Made by a program: the position numbers and the translations under genes. A stretch of DNA of 64,000 nucleotides from Candidatus Poribacteria bacterium (GTDB lineage Bacteria; Poribacteria; WGA-4E; PCPOR2b), in assembly GCA_965215015.1 (NCBI GenBank), contig OZ244042.1, forward strand, positions 96,001-160,000, in the 5' to 3' direction. Position 1 is the first letter of the stretch. The number at the start of each line of letters is the position of its first letter. The notes beneath the pieces were generated by a model. The model had not been told where the DNA came from, did not search any database, and was given only the letters and a program-made list of their open reading frames with translations. This document shows positions 47,778 through 57,114 of this stretch, piece by piece.

Positions 47778-47844
47778 CTAAGATAAGGGAGAATTGCTAC
47801 ACACCTTTCGCCCTCGCGGAAGCTGTAGACTGCAACTTAGGTTA

Positions 47845-48777
47845 TCAAATCAACCCCTCCCGTTTAGCAAGATAGGATGACAGGGCGTAATCAACGGGGG
47901 TTGCGGTGTCAATCGTGTTGTAGTCGATGTCGGATCTGCTCAATTCTAACTTGTAGTGATTGATGAAATCATGCAGATGGCTGAGGTAGCTTTGACGAAT
48001 CGCCTGCGGCGTTGCGATGACCTCCTCGTCCGTTTCGGAATCAACGAAACGCGCCACACGATCAAATGTAAATTCTAGCTCCTGATGATCTAAAATATGA
48101 AAGACAATCACCTCGTGTCCGTCGTAACGGAGGTGTTCAAGGGCATTCACAACCGTATCGGGGGCTTCCTCGTAGAGATCGGAGACTAAGATAACCAATC
48201 CACGTTTGGTGAGGCGTTCAGCAATCTGGTGGATGGGTTGACCCATGCGCGTGAGTTTATTGGTCGTGATTCGCTCAAGCCTGAGCAGAATCGCGTGAAG
48301 ATGGGCGGGGGAACTTCGGGCGGGGAGGTATTCGTGGAGTTTTTCGTCAAAGTAGGCGAACCCGACAGCATCCCGTTGCTTTGCCATGAAATACGCGACC
48401 GAAGCGATAAGGTAGCTGGCGTATTGCAACTTTGTCAGTTCGCCGGAACCGTAGGTCATTGATTCACTAGTGTCCAGGAGGAGGTAACAGTTGAGGTTCG
48501 TTTCCTCCTCAAACTGCTTGATGTAGTACCGATTGGTTCGTCCATAGGCCTTCCAGTCGAGATGTTTGATATCATCGCCGGGCATATATTGTCGGTACTG
48601 TGCAAACTCGACGCTGAAACCGTGATAGGGGCTTTTGTGGAGACCTGAGATGAATCCCTCGACGACAAATTTCGCAATGAGTTCGAGATTCCCAATTTTT
48701 GCCAATGCGGCGGGATCCAGATAACGCTGTCCTTCTCGATTTTGCATCAATTTCATCCTCGACTGTATCAGGAGCAC
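47845..48777 (-). CDS. DUF58 family protein (MoxR-associated VWA-like)
   Basis: Motifs G.HKSPYHGFSVEFAQYRQY.PGDD...DWK, KQFEEET, LDTSESM, SDL. Confidence 0.92.
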   Translation of the reverse strand: MLLIQSRMKLMQNREGQRYLDPAALAKIGNLELIAKFVVEGFISGLHKSPYHGFSVEFAQYRQYMPGDDIKHLDWKAYGRTNRYYIKQFEEETNLNCYLLLDTSESMTYGSGELTKLQYASYLIASVAYFMAKQRDAVGFAYFDEKLHEYLPARSSPAHLHAILLRLERITTNKLTRMGQPIHQIAERLTKRGLVILVSDLYEEAPDTVVNALEHLRYDGHEVIVFHILDHQELEFTFDRVARFVDSETDEEVIATPQAIRQSYLSHLHDFINHYKLELSRSDIDYNTIDTATPVDYALSSYLAKREGLI

Positions 48778-48907
48778 TCTCTCCTTATGGAGAGGGGAGG
48801 TTGGAGGCTATAGACATTATGGAGCGAAAGACTCGGTGCTTAACGGGGGGGAAACCTCGCCCTTACAGAAAAACTGATAGATTTTCAATATGTAGGGGCT
48901 TGGGTGA

Positions 48908-50722
48908 TTAGATTTTTTTAAGGACCATTAATGTCAGGTCATCAAACTGCTGGGCTTCTCCCTGAAATTCGATAACGTCGTTGTAAATGGCTTGGCATAT
49001 CTGATCCGCACTTTTGCTTTTCACACGTGTTGCAACCTCTTCTAAACGCTCTTCTCCGTACAGTTCTTCGTCCGGGTTTACGGTTTCCGTTACCCCATCG
49101 GTGTAGAAAAGCACGACATCCCCGCTGCAAAGCTGGATTGTCTCCTGCTCATATTCTGAGATTTGAGACAGTACATCGTTAGGAAACATCCCCAACATCA
49201 CACCGCCTTTTTCCAGTTCATTACAGCCGCCATCGCATCGGAGGACAAGCGGATAGTTGTGTCCGGCGTTGATTGAAGTAATCTGATCCGTTTCCGGGTG
49301 TAACTGAGCGTAGAAGAAAGTTGCAAATTTACCAGAGGTACTGCTTGCGTAGAGCAGTGAATTGAGTGCTTCCGCCATGCTCGGCAGATCTTTCTTTCGC
49401 GTTACCTCCGAGTGTAGCCCCGCCCGTAACGTCGCCATGAGCAGCGCGGCTTGCATCCCTTTGCCAGAGACATCGGCGATTGCAAGGCCCCAAGTGCCTT
49501 TTGAATCTGGAAGGCAATCGTAGTAGTCCCCGCCGACGCCGCCGCGGGGGAAGTAAAGCCCGGTCGCCTCATAGCCGGAGATTTCGGGGAGCGTATCAGG
49601 AATCAGATTCTGCTGAATCTTTGCTGCTTCCTCCATTTCCGCTTGAAGTTGCCGTCCCTCCAGTGCCTCTTGGTAGAGTTGTGCGTTTTCGATTGCCACC
49701 CCCGCTTGATTGGCGAAGGCTTCAAGCAGAACTCTATCTTCGTTGGTAAAATCCAGCGTAGTCCCTCCCCTCCCCTCCTTATCCGCAACAATCAACACCC
49801 CCAGCGTATCTTCGCGTCCACGCATGGGGACTGCCATCAGATTCCGGCGACCAAGCAACACTTCATTGCCTCCACTGTTGGAAATCAGCGTTTCACCTTC
49901 CGGCGTTGCAACTTCAGCAAGAACGGACAGCGTCGCCGGAGCGTCCTGATCTGTTTTTAGGGGGATCGATAGATTTTCGAGTTCCGTATTGGCTTGAGGG
50001 TCAAAGGCGAAAATGGATTTCATTTCAAGGCACTGTGTAACTGGATTAATGAGCAGCAATCCCCCTGCGCTTGCGTCTAGCAGCGTGATTGCATGTGTCA
50101 CTACCTCTTCCTGCACAGCTTCTGTGTCGAGCGATTTGCAGATCTGGGTCGCGGTATCAGAAAGCATGAAAAGGCGAAACCGTTCCGCGCGGGTCTTGTC
50201 CAGCAGGCGTGAGTAAGCGATTGCGACGGAGATCTGGTTTGCTAACACCGGCAAGAGTTCTCGATTCCAGTCCTCCAAATTATCCTGCGTCCTAAAACTG
50301 CCCAGGCTGATAACGCCCAGAAATTCATCGCGGATCTTAAGGGGTGCCCATAAATTGGCATCGAGGAGCTCTAATTGGGGTCGGATTTGATTGAAAAAGT
50401 TAGCCAAAGTAGACGGTGGGTTGGAGGGATCTATGGTTGAAGATTTAAGTATCGCCGCGGTGTGGTCGGCGGTCACTGGAATGCGCAACGATTCGTCCTT
50501 GACGTTTATCGCCGCTTCGACAGTGAGGCAATTCTCGGTAGACTGAAAGAGCAGAATCGCGCAACGGGTTACTTGCAAGGTGCCGTGGATGATTCGCAGA
50601 TAGGTCCGACTTGATATGTTAAAGTTACCGCGCCCGGAGATGATTGTCTCACCCAGTTGTTCGAGCTCAGACAGGCTAAAAATTAGCCGTTGTATTGTCT
50701 CTTCAGCGGAAACGGATTGCAT
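48908..50722 (-). CDS. GAF-GAF-SpoIIE/PP2C phosphatase (RsbU-like)
   Basis: Two GAF-type segments (LAN/FANQ..VAI); motifs GGDYYD, ADVSGKG, NAGHN, YTDGVTE, DDLT. Confidence 0.9.
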   Translation of the reverse strand: MQSVSAEETIQRLIFSLSELEQLGETIISGRGNFNISSRTYLRIIHGTLQVTRCAILLFQSTENCLTVEAAINVKDESLRIPVTADHTAAILKSSTIDPSNPPSTLANFFNQIRPQLELLDANLWAPLKIRDEFLGVISLGSFRTQDNLEDWNRELLPVLANQISVAIAYSRLLDKTRAERFRLFMLSDTATQICKSLDTEAVQEEVVTHAITLLDASAGGLLLINPVTQCLEMKSIFAFDPQANTELENLSIPLKTDQDAPATLSVLAEVATPEGETLISNSGGNEVLLGRRNLMAVPMRGREDTLGVLIVADKEGRGGTTLDFTNEDRVLLEAFANQAGVAIENAQLYQEALEGRQLQAEMEEAAKIQQNLIPDTLPEISGYEATGLYFPRGGVGGDYYDCLPDSKGTWGLAIADVSGKGMQAALLMATLRAGLHSEVTRKKDLPSMAEALNSLLYASSTSGKFATFFYAQLHPETDQITSINAGHNYPLVLRCDGGCNELEKGGVMLGMFPNDVLSQISEYEQETIQLCSGDVVLFYTDGVTETVNPDEELYGEERLEEVATRVKSKSADQICQAIYNDVIEFQGEAQQFDDLTLMVLKKI

Positions 50723-50820
50723 CTCTTATTACCTCTGATTGGTTGGGATTGATGATTTATCGCAGATTGTGCGGATGTCGTTATCGGTTGATCCGGCTCA
50801 GTCGTGCCCAGACAATCCAA

Positions 50821-51165
50821 TTATAGGTTGGTCGTTGCGGACGACTCATCGGAATGGATCTCGGCATGTTGAGCGAGCCCCATCATTTTGAAAGTCCGCT
50901 CAATGACGGGCGTTAAGTGGCAGAAATGCAGGGCCCCCCCGTGTTCTTCAAGGAATTCGATAATCTCAATCAGGATGGAAATGCCAATGCTATTAACGAG
51001 TCGTGTTCTTTCAAGGTTAATCACCAGTGTACTGTATCCTTCGTTCATAAGGTTTTTGGCAGTTTCGGCAAGTTTTTCCGCTGTCGGTCCGTTTAGATAT
51101 CCATCTGTTTGAATAACAGCGTAACCGTCTTCGGTACGCGTGCTGACATTAAAAGATGTCGCCAT
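50821..51165 (-). CDS. STAS-domain anti-sigma factor antagonist
   Basis: VNSIGISILI variant of the phosphoacceptor motif; 114 aa. Confidence 0.85.
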   Translation of the reverse strand: MATSFNVSTRTEDGYAVIQTDGYLNGPTAEKLAETAKNLMNEGYSTLVINLERTRLVNSIGISILIEIIEFLEEHGGALHFCHLTPVIERTFKMMGLAQHAEIHSDESSATTNL

Positions 51166-51219
51166 TTGTGTCCTCCCTCATCAAAATTTTTAGGTGGTGG
51201 CTATGTTTCCTATTTTTGA

Positions 51220-51642
51220 CTACACTCTTTTTTTTAACATTGTGATGGTTGTTCCTTCATCACCGCTGTCAATTTTCACCTTATCCATCATCTCCCGAAT
51301 GATTTCCAACCCCCACCCTCGTTTTTGCATGGCTCGCGCCCTAGCTCCTCCCGTTAAAAGCGGGGCTTTGTCCATACCAAATCCAAGTCCATGATCTGTA
51401 ATTTTTAGCTCCAGTTCATCATCCGTGAGAACGTAGGTGACTGTTACTTTACTGTCTCTGCTATTACTATGTTCAAAAGCGTTGATGCAGGTTTCGATGA
51501 TAGCCAATTGAATCTCATCAATATGAGTTTCCTCAAAATCCATGATTTCTGCGATGATAGAAGCGGTATGTGCAGCGACTAATTCCATATTAGGGTGTAT
51601 CGGAATGTCCAAAGTCACTTCGCATTTCACTTGATCTGCCAT
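51220..51642 (-). CDS. Anti-sigma factor / Ser kinase (RsbW-like)
   Basis: Motifs ETCINAFEHS, DHGLGF, RGWGL.II..MMD.V. Confidence 0.88.
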   Translation of the reverse strand: MADQVKCEVTLDIPIHPNMELVAAHTASIIAEIMDFEETHIDEIQLAIIETCINAFEHSNSRDSKVTVTYVLTDDELELKITDHGLGFGMDKAPLLTGGARARAMQKRGWGLEIIREMMDKVKIDSGDEGTTITMLKKRV

Positions 51643-51756
51643 TTGGGTCTCCTTCAGTATTGAGATTAGGAATGTTCCGTGTGTTACGTTTCACAGCAAA
51701 ATTAACGGGATGGGATTCGGATAGGGAGCAACCATTCGATTTTGCTAAAAATTGGC

Positions 51757-52530
51757 TTATTTTTTTAGTGGACAAGGCTTTGTGTTCAGGATTTTCGACG
51801 TAGGGGCAAAACGATATTTGAACAGGGTCCACCCTGCGCGGATGCCCTCCCGCCAGAATCGGAGTTTTTTCCCATCACCCTTTGTGCGTGGGAAGTAGGA
51901 AATGGGCACTTCGTGGATATAATAGCCTGCACGCAGCACCTTTGCCGTCACTTCTGGGCAGAACTCAAACCCTTGGGCAGTCAGATTGAGGCTAGTTATC
52001 AGATTCGCACTAAATGCCTTGTAACATGTTGCCTCATCGGTGATGCGTACATGATACAACAGATTCGTCAAACCAGTAAGCATACGATTCGCTATGTAGG
52101 TTATCAGGCTTGCCCGTTTTTTACCGTTCAGGAATCTTGAACCGTAAACTACTTTAGCAAGCCCCTTTTGTAACGCTTCCAGCATTGGCATCAAATCGTT
52201 CGGACAGAGTTCAAGGTCGGCATCTTGAATGACTACAAACTCACCGGTAACCTGTTCCAGTCCAAGCCGAATCGCGCTTCCCTTTCCACGATTGTCTTTG
52301 TAATGAAGGATTTTTAACTGCGGTTCAGCGTCCATCTGTTCCAAGATTCCAGATGTCTCATCGGTTGAACCGTCGTTGACGACGATGATTTCTGTGTCAA
52401 TCGGTACTTCCTTAACCGCTTCAATAACCTGTCGAATCGTTCCTGCCTCATTGAAGGCTGGAATGATCACTGACAGAGTTGGGGAACGGCGTGCGGTCTC
52501 TCCGCTCACCCGTTGTCCCGTTTTTTTCAA
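51757..52530 (-). CDS. Glycosyltransferase family 2 (DPM1-like)
   Basis: Motifs IIPAFNE, VNDGSTD, NRGKG, QDADLE, VYGSRF, TD..TCYK. Confidence 0.9.
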   Translation of the reverse strand: MKKTGQRVSGETARRSPTLSVIIPAFNEAGTIRQVIEAVKEVPIDTEIIVVNDGSTDETSGILEQMDAEPQLKILHYKDNRGKGSAIRLGLEQVTGEFVVIQDADLELCPNDLMPMLEALQKGLAKVVYGSRFLNGKKRASLITYIANRMLTGLTNLLYHVRITDEATCYKAFSANLITSLNLTAQGFEFCPEVTAKVLRAGYYIHEVPISYFPRTKGDGKKLRFWREGIRAGWTLFKYRFAPTSKILNTKPCPLKK

Positions 52531-53322
52531 TTACAACAGCCCCTTTGCCATACCGCCATCTACCTGGATTGTGGTGCCGGTGATATAACTTGCGCGTCCG
52601 GAGGCGAGGAACACAACCAGATTGGCGAATTCCTTGGGATCTCCGATTCGACCGAGTGGTATATCTTGGGTCATATTTGCGAGGGCTTCCTCATACGCGA
52701 TACCCGCCTCCGCTGCCCTCACAGTGGCTAGCTGTTTAATCCGGTCGGTAAAAATAACCCCCGGACAGACATTGTTTACAAGAATATTGTCCGGTGCGAG
52801 CTCGGACGCAAGTGTTTTGGCGAACCCGATGACGCCGGTCCGCGCCATATTAGAGAGCATCAGCCCATCTACAGGCTGTTTCACAGAAATGGAGGTGAGA
52901 TTGATTATGTGACCTCCACCGCGTGCTCTCATGCTTGGCACAACGCCGCGGCAAAGGTTGATTGTGCTGAGTAGGTTGAGGTGCAGGGCGGTTTGGTAAT
53001 CTTCGGGAGATAGATCTGCGAACCGACCTGCCCTGGGACCACCGGCGTTACTGACAAGAATATCAATTCCGTCGAATCGGTTGAGGGCTTTGGCAATCAA
53101 CCCGCTGACCTGCTCCGGCTGGCTGACATCCGCTGGCACCGCCAAAACTTCCGTCCTCGTTTTTTCACGAATTTCAGAGGCGGTTTCCTCCAGCGTATCC
53201 ACATCCCGCGCGCAGATTGTCACCTTCGCGCCTTCTGCCGCGAGACCGAGTGCGATGGCTTTGCCGAGCCCTTTGCTTGAGGCCCCAACGAGTGCAACTT
53301 TATCCTTGAGTCCGAGATCCAT
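52531..53322 (-). CDS. SDR family oxidoreductase
   Basis: Motifs GASSKGLG, NAGGP, SN.AR, IPLGR.G.P.EFA. Confidence 0.92.
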   Translation of the reverse strand: MDLGLKDKVALVGASSKGLGKAIALGLAAEGAKVTICARDVDTLEETASEIREKTRTEVLAVPADVSQPEQVSGLIAKALNRFDGIDILVSNAGGPRAGRFADLSPEDYQTALHLNLLSTINLCRGVVPSMRARGGGHIINLTSISVKQPVDGLMLSNMARTGVIGFAKTLASELAPDNILVNNVCPGVIFTDRIKQLATVRAAEAGIAYEEALANMTQDIPLGRIGDPKEFANLVVFLASGRASYITGTTIQVDGGMAKGLL

Positions 53323-53419
53323 TACTTCTCCTTATTGATATGTTTTATGCCACGTTCTATCCAATGTAGAAAATAAATATATCATTGGGCTAAAACCATG
53401 TCAACTCCAAATGCGCCGA

Positions 53420-54415
53420 TTAAGGTTCAAGCATTACCTTGCCCGCTTGACCATTGGCAAATTTGCTAAACGCCGTCTGTGCTTCAACGAGCGGAAAGTG
53501 GTCGGTAATCATCCGTCCGATGGGTAAACCGCGCCGATATAGATCGAGCATGGAGGGGTATTCTGAGTAGTGATAGAACCAACTCCCCATCAACGTGATG
53601 TCCTTCCGTATCAGGTCACGGCTTGGGCTGATTGGTACATCGCCCTGCTCGCCAACACACATAATCGTCCCCGCCACCCCAACCAACGTGAAGGCAAGCT
53701 TAAGGGTTTCTGGACGCCCGGCTGCCTCGATACACTTGTCCACAAGCATGCCATGGGTGATTTCCGTGACCGCTTCAAAGGGGTCGGTCTCCTTTGAATT
53801 GATAGTGTATGCCGCACCGGCTGCCTTTGCAAGGGAGAGTCGATAGTCGTTGATGTCAATAGCTATCACTTCCGCCCCTAAGAACGATTGCACAATGGTA
53901 TTTCCAAGCCCGACGGGACCTGCTCCCAAGACGCACACAAAATCGCCTCCTTTGGTGTTAAGACGTTGACTCACATGATAAGGGACACCGAAGCCGTCGC
54001 CGGTCAGAAGCACACCTATATCAAACGGAACATCTTCAGGCAGCTCGAGACAAACATGGTCTGGGGCAGCGATCCGCTCCGCATGGGTTCCCGAACCGCC
54101 GCCTATGCGGCTATTACAATAGGTATATTTGCCAACCGCACACCACCGACAATCTCCGCACCCCCAAACGGCGTGGACGCCAACGTGATCTCCAACCTTG
54201 AATTTTGTTGACCCTCCTACGTCGATAACCTCCCCGGCGACCTCGTGTCCACCATTGGACGCGTGAGGGGTTGGGCTGCGATACCCGTGCATCTCACTGC
54301 CACAGATTCCTGACGCCTTCACCTGAATCAGTATGTCCTTCTCATTATGGCGTGTAGGTTCGGGATATTCTTTGACAGTGACTGTCTCGTTTCCCAAAAG
54401 CTGGACACCAAGCAT
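53420..54415 (-). CDS. Zn-dependent alcohol/sugar dehydrogenase (MDR family)
   Basis: Motifs GICGSE.H, GHE..G.V, structural C-x2-C-x2-C-x7-C, GAGPVG. Confidence 0.92.
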   Translation of the reverse strand: MLGVQLLGNETVTVKEYPEPTRHNEKDILIQVKASGICGSEMHGYRSPTPHASNGGHEVAGEVIDVGGSTKFKVGDHVGVHAVWGCGDCRWCAVGKYTYCNSRIGGGSGTHAERIAAPDHVCLELPEDVPFDIGVLLTGDGFGVPYHVSQRLNTKGGDFVCVLGAGPVGLGNTIVQSFLGAEVIAIDINDYRLSLAKAAGAAYTINSKETDPFEAVTEITHGMLVDKCIEAAGRPETLKLAFTLVGVAGTIMCVGEQGDVPISPSRDLIRKDITLMGSWFYHYSEYPSMLDLYRRGLPIGRMITDHFPLVEAQTAFSKFANGQAGKVMLEP

Positions 54416-54474
54416 CTGATTTCTCCCGGTAAGGGTTGAGGACACCGTATTTCTATATCGGGTGCCAGGGGTGT

Positions 54475-55452
54475 TTAATTGCGCGCAAAAACCAATATAT
54501 CAACACCTGTGCCCTGATGTTGGATTTGGTTTTTTAACGTCGCTTCGTGATAGAATCCCACATTTTGGACCACTTCAGCTTTGTTCGCTGAGGTTAATTC
54601 AACATAACACTGGATTTTGGTGTCTGGCAAATCGATCGCTTCAAGCAGAACCGATGCTGACGCATAGAAGCTCGGATGGACGAAAAGGTCCAACACCGCT
54701 GTGTCGGGTTGCCAGCGTGTATCCCAAGAGACTGTCCCCACGCCAACAATTGCGCCGGACTCCGATTCAAGCAGCTTGGCGTCGTGATAAGTACCCCCAT
54801 TTTCCAGTGCTTGTTTGAACCCAAGAAAGCCGCCCTCGAAATTTGCAGGACCATAGATACCCAATGCAATGCTGCGGAGATAGTCACCCTCTACGATACC
54901 TGTCAGGGCAGTCATTTTGGACCAATCATGCCATACCACATCCTTGGCGTGGACGGAGCATTCAGCAAAGTAGCGGTCATCGAAGTCATTGACCGCCCGG
55001 TATTTCATGAAGCCTGAACCGGGGAAAACACTCTCAAATCCGAAACTGTTGTAGATATAGTAAGGATGACTATTGTATCCGGTGCCGAGGTAGAGTGCTT
55101 CACCACCCCGCTGACGGAAGTCCTCCATTTGAAACTGCATCACCGATTTACAAGCACCTTTGCGACGTTGTGTTGGCGTCGTGAAGACATGCCCAAGAAT
55201 ACCGACGTGCCCGTGTTCAACTATCATTATGTTTGCGATGATTTCTCCATCCACTTTGCCGACGTAGAAGCGTGTCTCTAAATCATCGAGCGTTTCAACA
55301 ACAGAGCGTTCCAGATGCCACTTAAAGCCCCCTCCCTTGTGCGCTAGGAACGGTTTAATCTGTTCCGCATGCGCTTCGTCTGGGGCAATGATAACGCCAA
55401 CCTCCATCGTCTCGCCGGTTTTCAGTTTAACAGCTGTCAGTTTATTGTACAT
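54475..55452 (-). CDS. GNAT family N-acetyltransferase
   Basis: Acetyl-CoA binding motif VFT.P.QRRKG; Y..FGF. Confidence 0.8.
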   Translation of the reverse strand: MYNKLTAVKLKTGETMEVGVIIAPDEAHAEQIKPFLAHKGGGFKWHLERSVVETLDDLETRFYVGKVDGEIIANIMIVEHGHVGILGHVFTTPTQRRKGACKSVMQFQMEDFRQRGGEALYLGTGYNSHPYYIYNSFGFESVFPGSGFMKYRAVNDFDDRYFAECSVHAKDVVWHDWSKMTALTGIVEGDYLRSIALGIYGPANFEGGFLGFKQALENGGTYHDAKLLESESGAIVGVGTVSWDTRWQPDTAVLDLFVHPSFYASASVLLEAIDLPDTKIQCYVELTSANKAEVVQNVGFYHEATLKNQIQHQGTGVDILVFARN

Positions 55453-55783
55453 TTTGTTTTTAGATTAGACTCATGTTGGGAAGGGATTGTCGATAGGAGG
55501 CAACTGATTTCGTCAATCTCTCCGGTCTTGGATACATAAAAAACTTCCAAATATCTGGGAGCGGATTATTATTCGCTGTCAAAACAGGTTTAGCAGCTAT
55601 GCGCGGCATTATATCACGTCTTTATTTTGAATGCAAGCGGATATAGAGGCCTAGAAAGCTGCGTCCAATTTCCGCTTTACACCCTTCCTGCTTCGGCGTA
55701 TAATGTTGCCCTAAAGTTTCACGTCTTGCTGCCGTCAAAGCCAGATATGAGATTATGTTTTTGCCAAATGAGAGGACTGCCAA

Positions 55784-56677
55784 ATGACGCTGACAAGGGA
55801 ACAACTTGAGCATTTCAAAGAAGAGGGGTACGTGGTGCTTGAGGCAGCACTACGGGATGTCGATTTCGAGCCGGTGATTCAGGACTATGAGGAAGTTATA
55901 GACAGACTCGCCACAGATTTGTACGCCGATGGTCGAATCAGCCAACTGCACGTGGATGAACCGTTTGAAACGCGCCTCGCTCGGATATGCGACGAAGATG
56001 AGGCAACCTACTTTGAATCGGATACATTTCTGGATGTGGGACACATCCGAGGCAGAGGAACGTTTCATTTTATGCGAAACAAACGGCTACTGAATCTGAT
56101 AGAGGGACTTATTGGTCCAGAGATCTGCTGTAGTCCTATGACGCATATACGGGCGAAGCTACCTTCGGACCTAGAGCAAGGCCGAAACTCAAATGTGGTG
56201 TTCTGGCACCAAGATGCGATATTCTTCCATGAGGAAGCGGACGCAACCTTCGTCCTGACCGTCTGGATCCCGTTGTGCGATACCACAGAGGAGAACGGTT
56301 GTCTGCGGGTGATGCCCCGGATACATAGGCACCGCACGGTATACTGGGGCGATAGCCTGCCAGACGGGGATTGGGTTTCAGTGCCGATGAAAAAGGGAGA
56401 TGTCATCTTTATTCACAAGCTCACCCCCCATTCGTCAGGTCCGAATCACACGGAAGCTATCCGCTGGAGTATGGATATACGTTACCAGAAAAGAGGAACG
56501 CCCACGGGGCGCGCTTTTTGGCCCAGCTTTGATGCCCGCAGTCGTCTGTCTCCGGATTCCGAGACCGATTACGAGGAATGGCGGGAGGCTTGGATCGCGG
56601 CACTCGAAAAGTATCCAACAAAGGTTCCACGTAAGAATCGACCGGAGGGGCCAACCTCGTACCAAGGGGACATGTAA
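55784..56677 (+). CDS. PhyH family Fe(II)/2OG dioxygenase
   Basis: Motifs LT.EQ..HFKEEGY, WHQD, VWIPL.D.T.ENGCL, PHSSGPN, R.SMD.RY. Confidence 0.9.
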   Translation: MTLTREQLEHFKEEGYVVLEAALRDVDFEPVIQDYEEVIDRLATDLYADGRISQLHVDEPFETRLARICDEDEATYFESDTFLDVGHIRGRGTFHFMRNKRLLNLIEGLIGPEICCSPMTHIRAKLPSDLEQGRNSNVVFWHQDAIFFHEEADATFVLTVWIPLCDTTEENGCLRVMPRIHRHRTVYWGDSLPDGDWVSVPMKKGDVIFIHKLTPHSSGPNHTEAIRWSMDIRYQKRGTPTGRAFWPSFDARSRLSPDSETDYEEWREAWIAALEKYPTKVPRKNRPEGPTSYQGDM

Positions 56678-56688
56678 AGGGGGAGGAC

Positions 56689-56922
56689 ATGACCAGCGAC
56701 CGAACGATAAAAGTCGGCATCCACGGTGCGGGTGGTCATGCTCAGAATAACTACCCCCTGAATCTTACACAGTTAGAGGGGATGGAGGTGGTTGCGGTCT
56801 GCAATATTGTTGAGAAAAACGCGCGTCAAACCGCTGCCGATTCTGGGATGTCGAGAAGCTACACCAATCCAGGGTTTGAGGAGGACCGCGTTTGCGTAGA
56901 GGCGATGGAAGCCGTATCTTGA
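56689..56922 (+). pseudogene. Gfo/Idh/MocA oxidoreductase with a large internal deletion
   Basis: A Rossmann start (IKVGIHGAGG...EVVAVC) is joined directly to a C-terminal-like PGFEE...VEAMEAV; only 77 aa. Confidence 0.65.
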
Positions 56923-57114
56923 ACGATTGTCACAACGGGTTGTATACGCTGGCACCACTCCTCGCCGGATGGGAATCGGCACGCCGTGATGGTGAACCGG
57001 TTGATGTCTCTGTCCTCATGCGTCAATGAAAACCGAATGGCTAAAAGTAGTAGGCATACTTCGTATGTCTACTTACTACATGAGTTGGTAGTACACAAGG
57101 AGAACGCATTTCTG

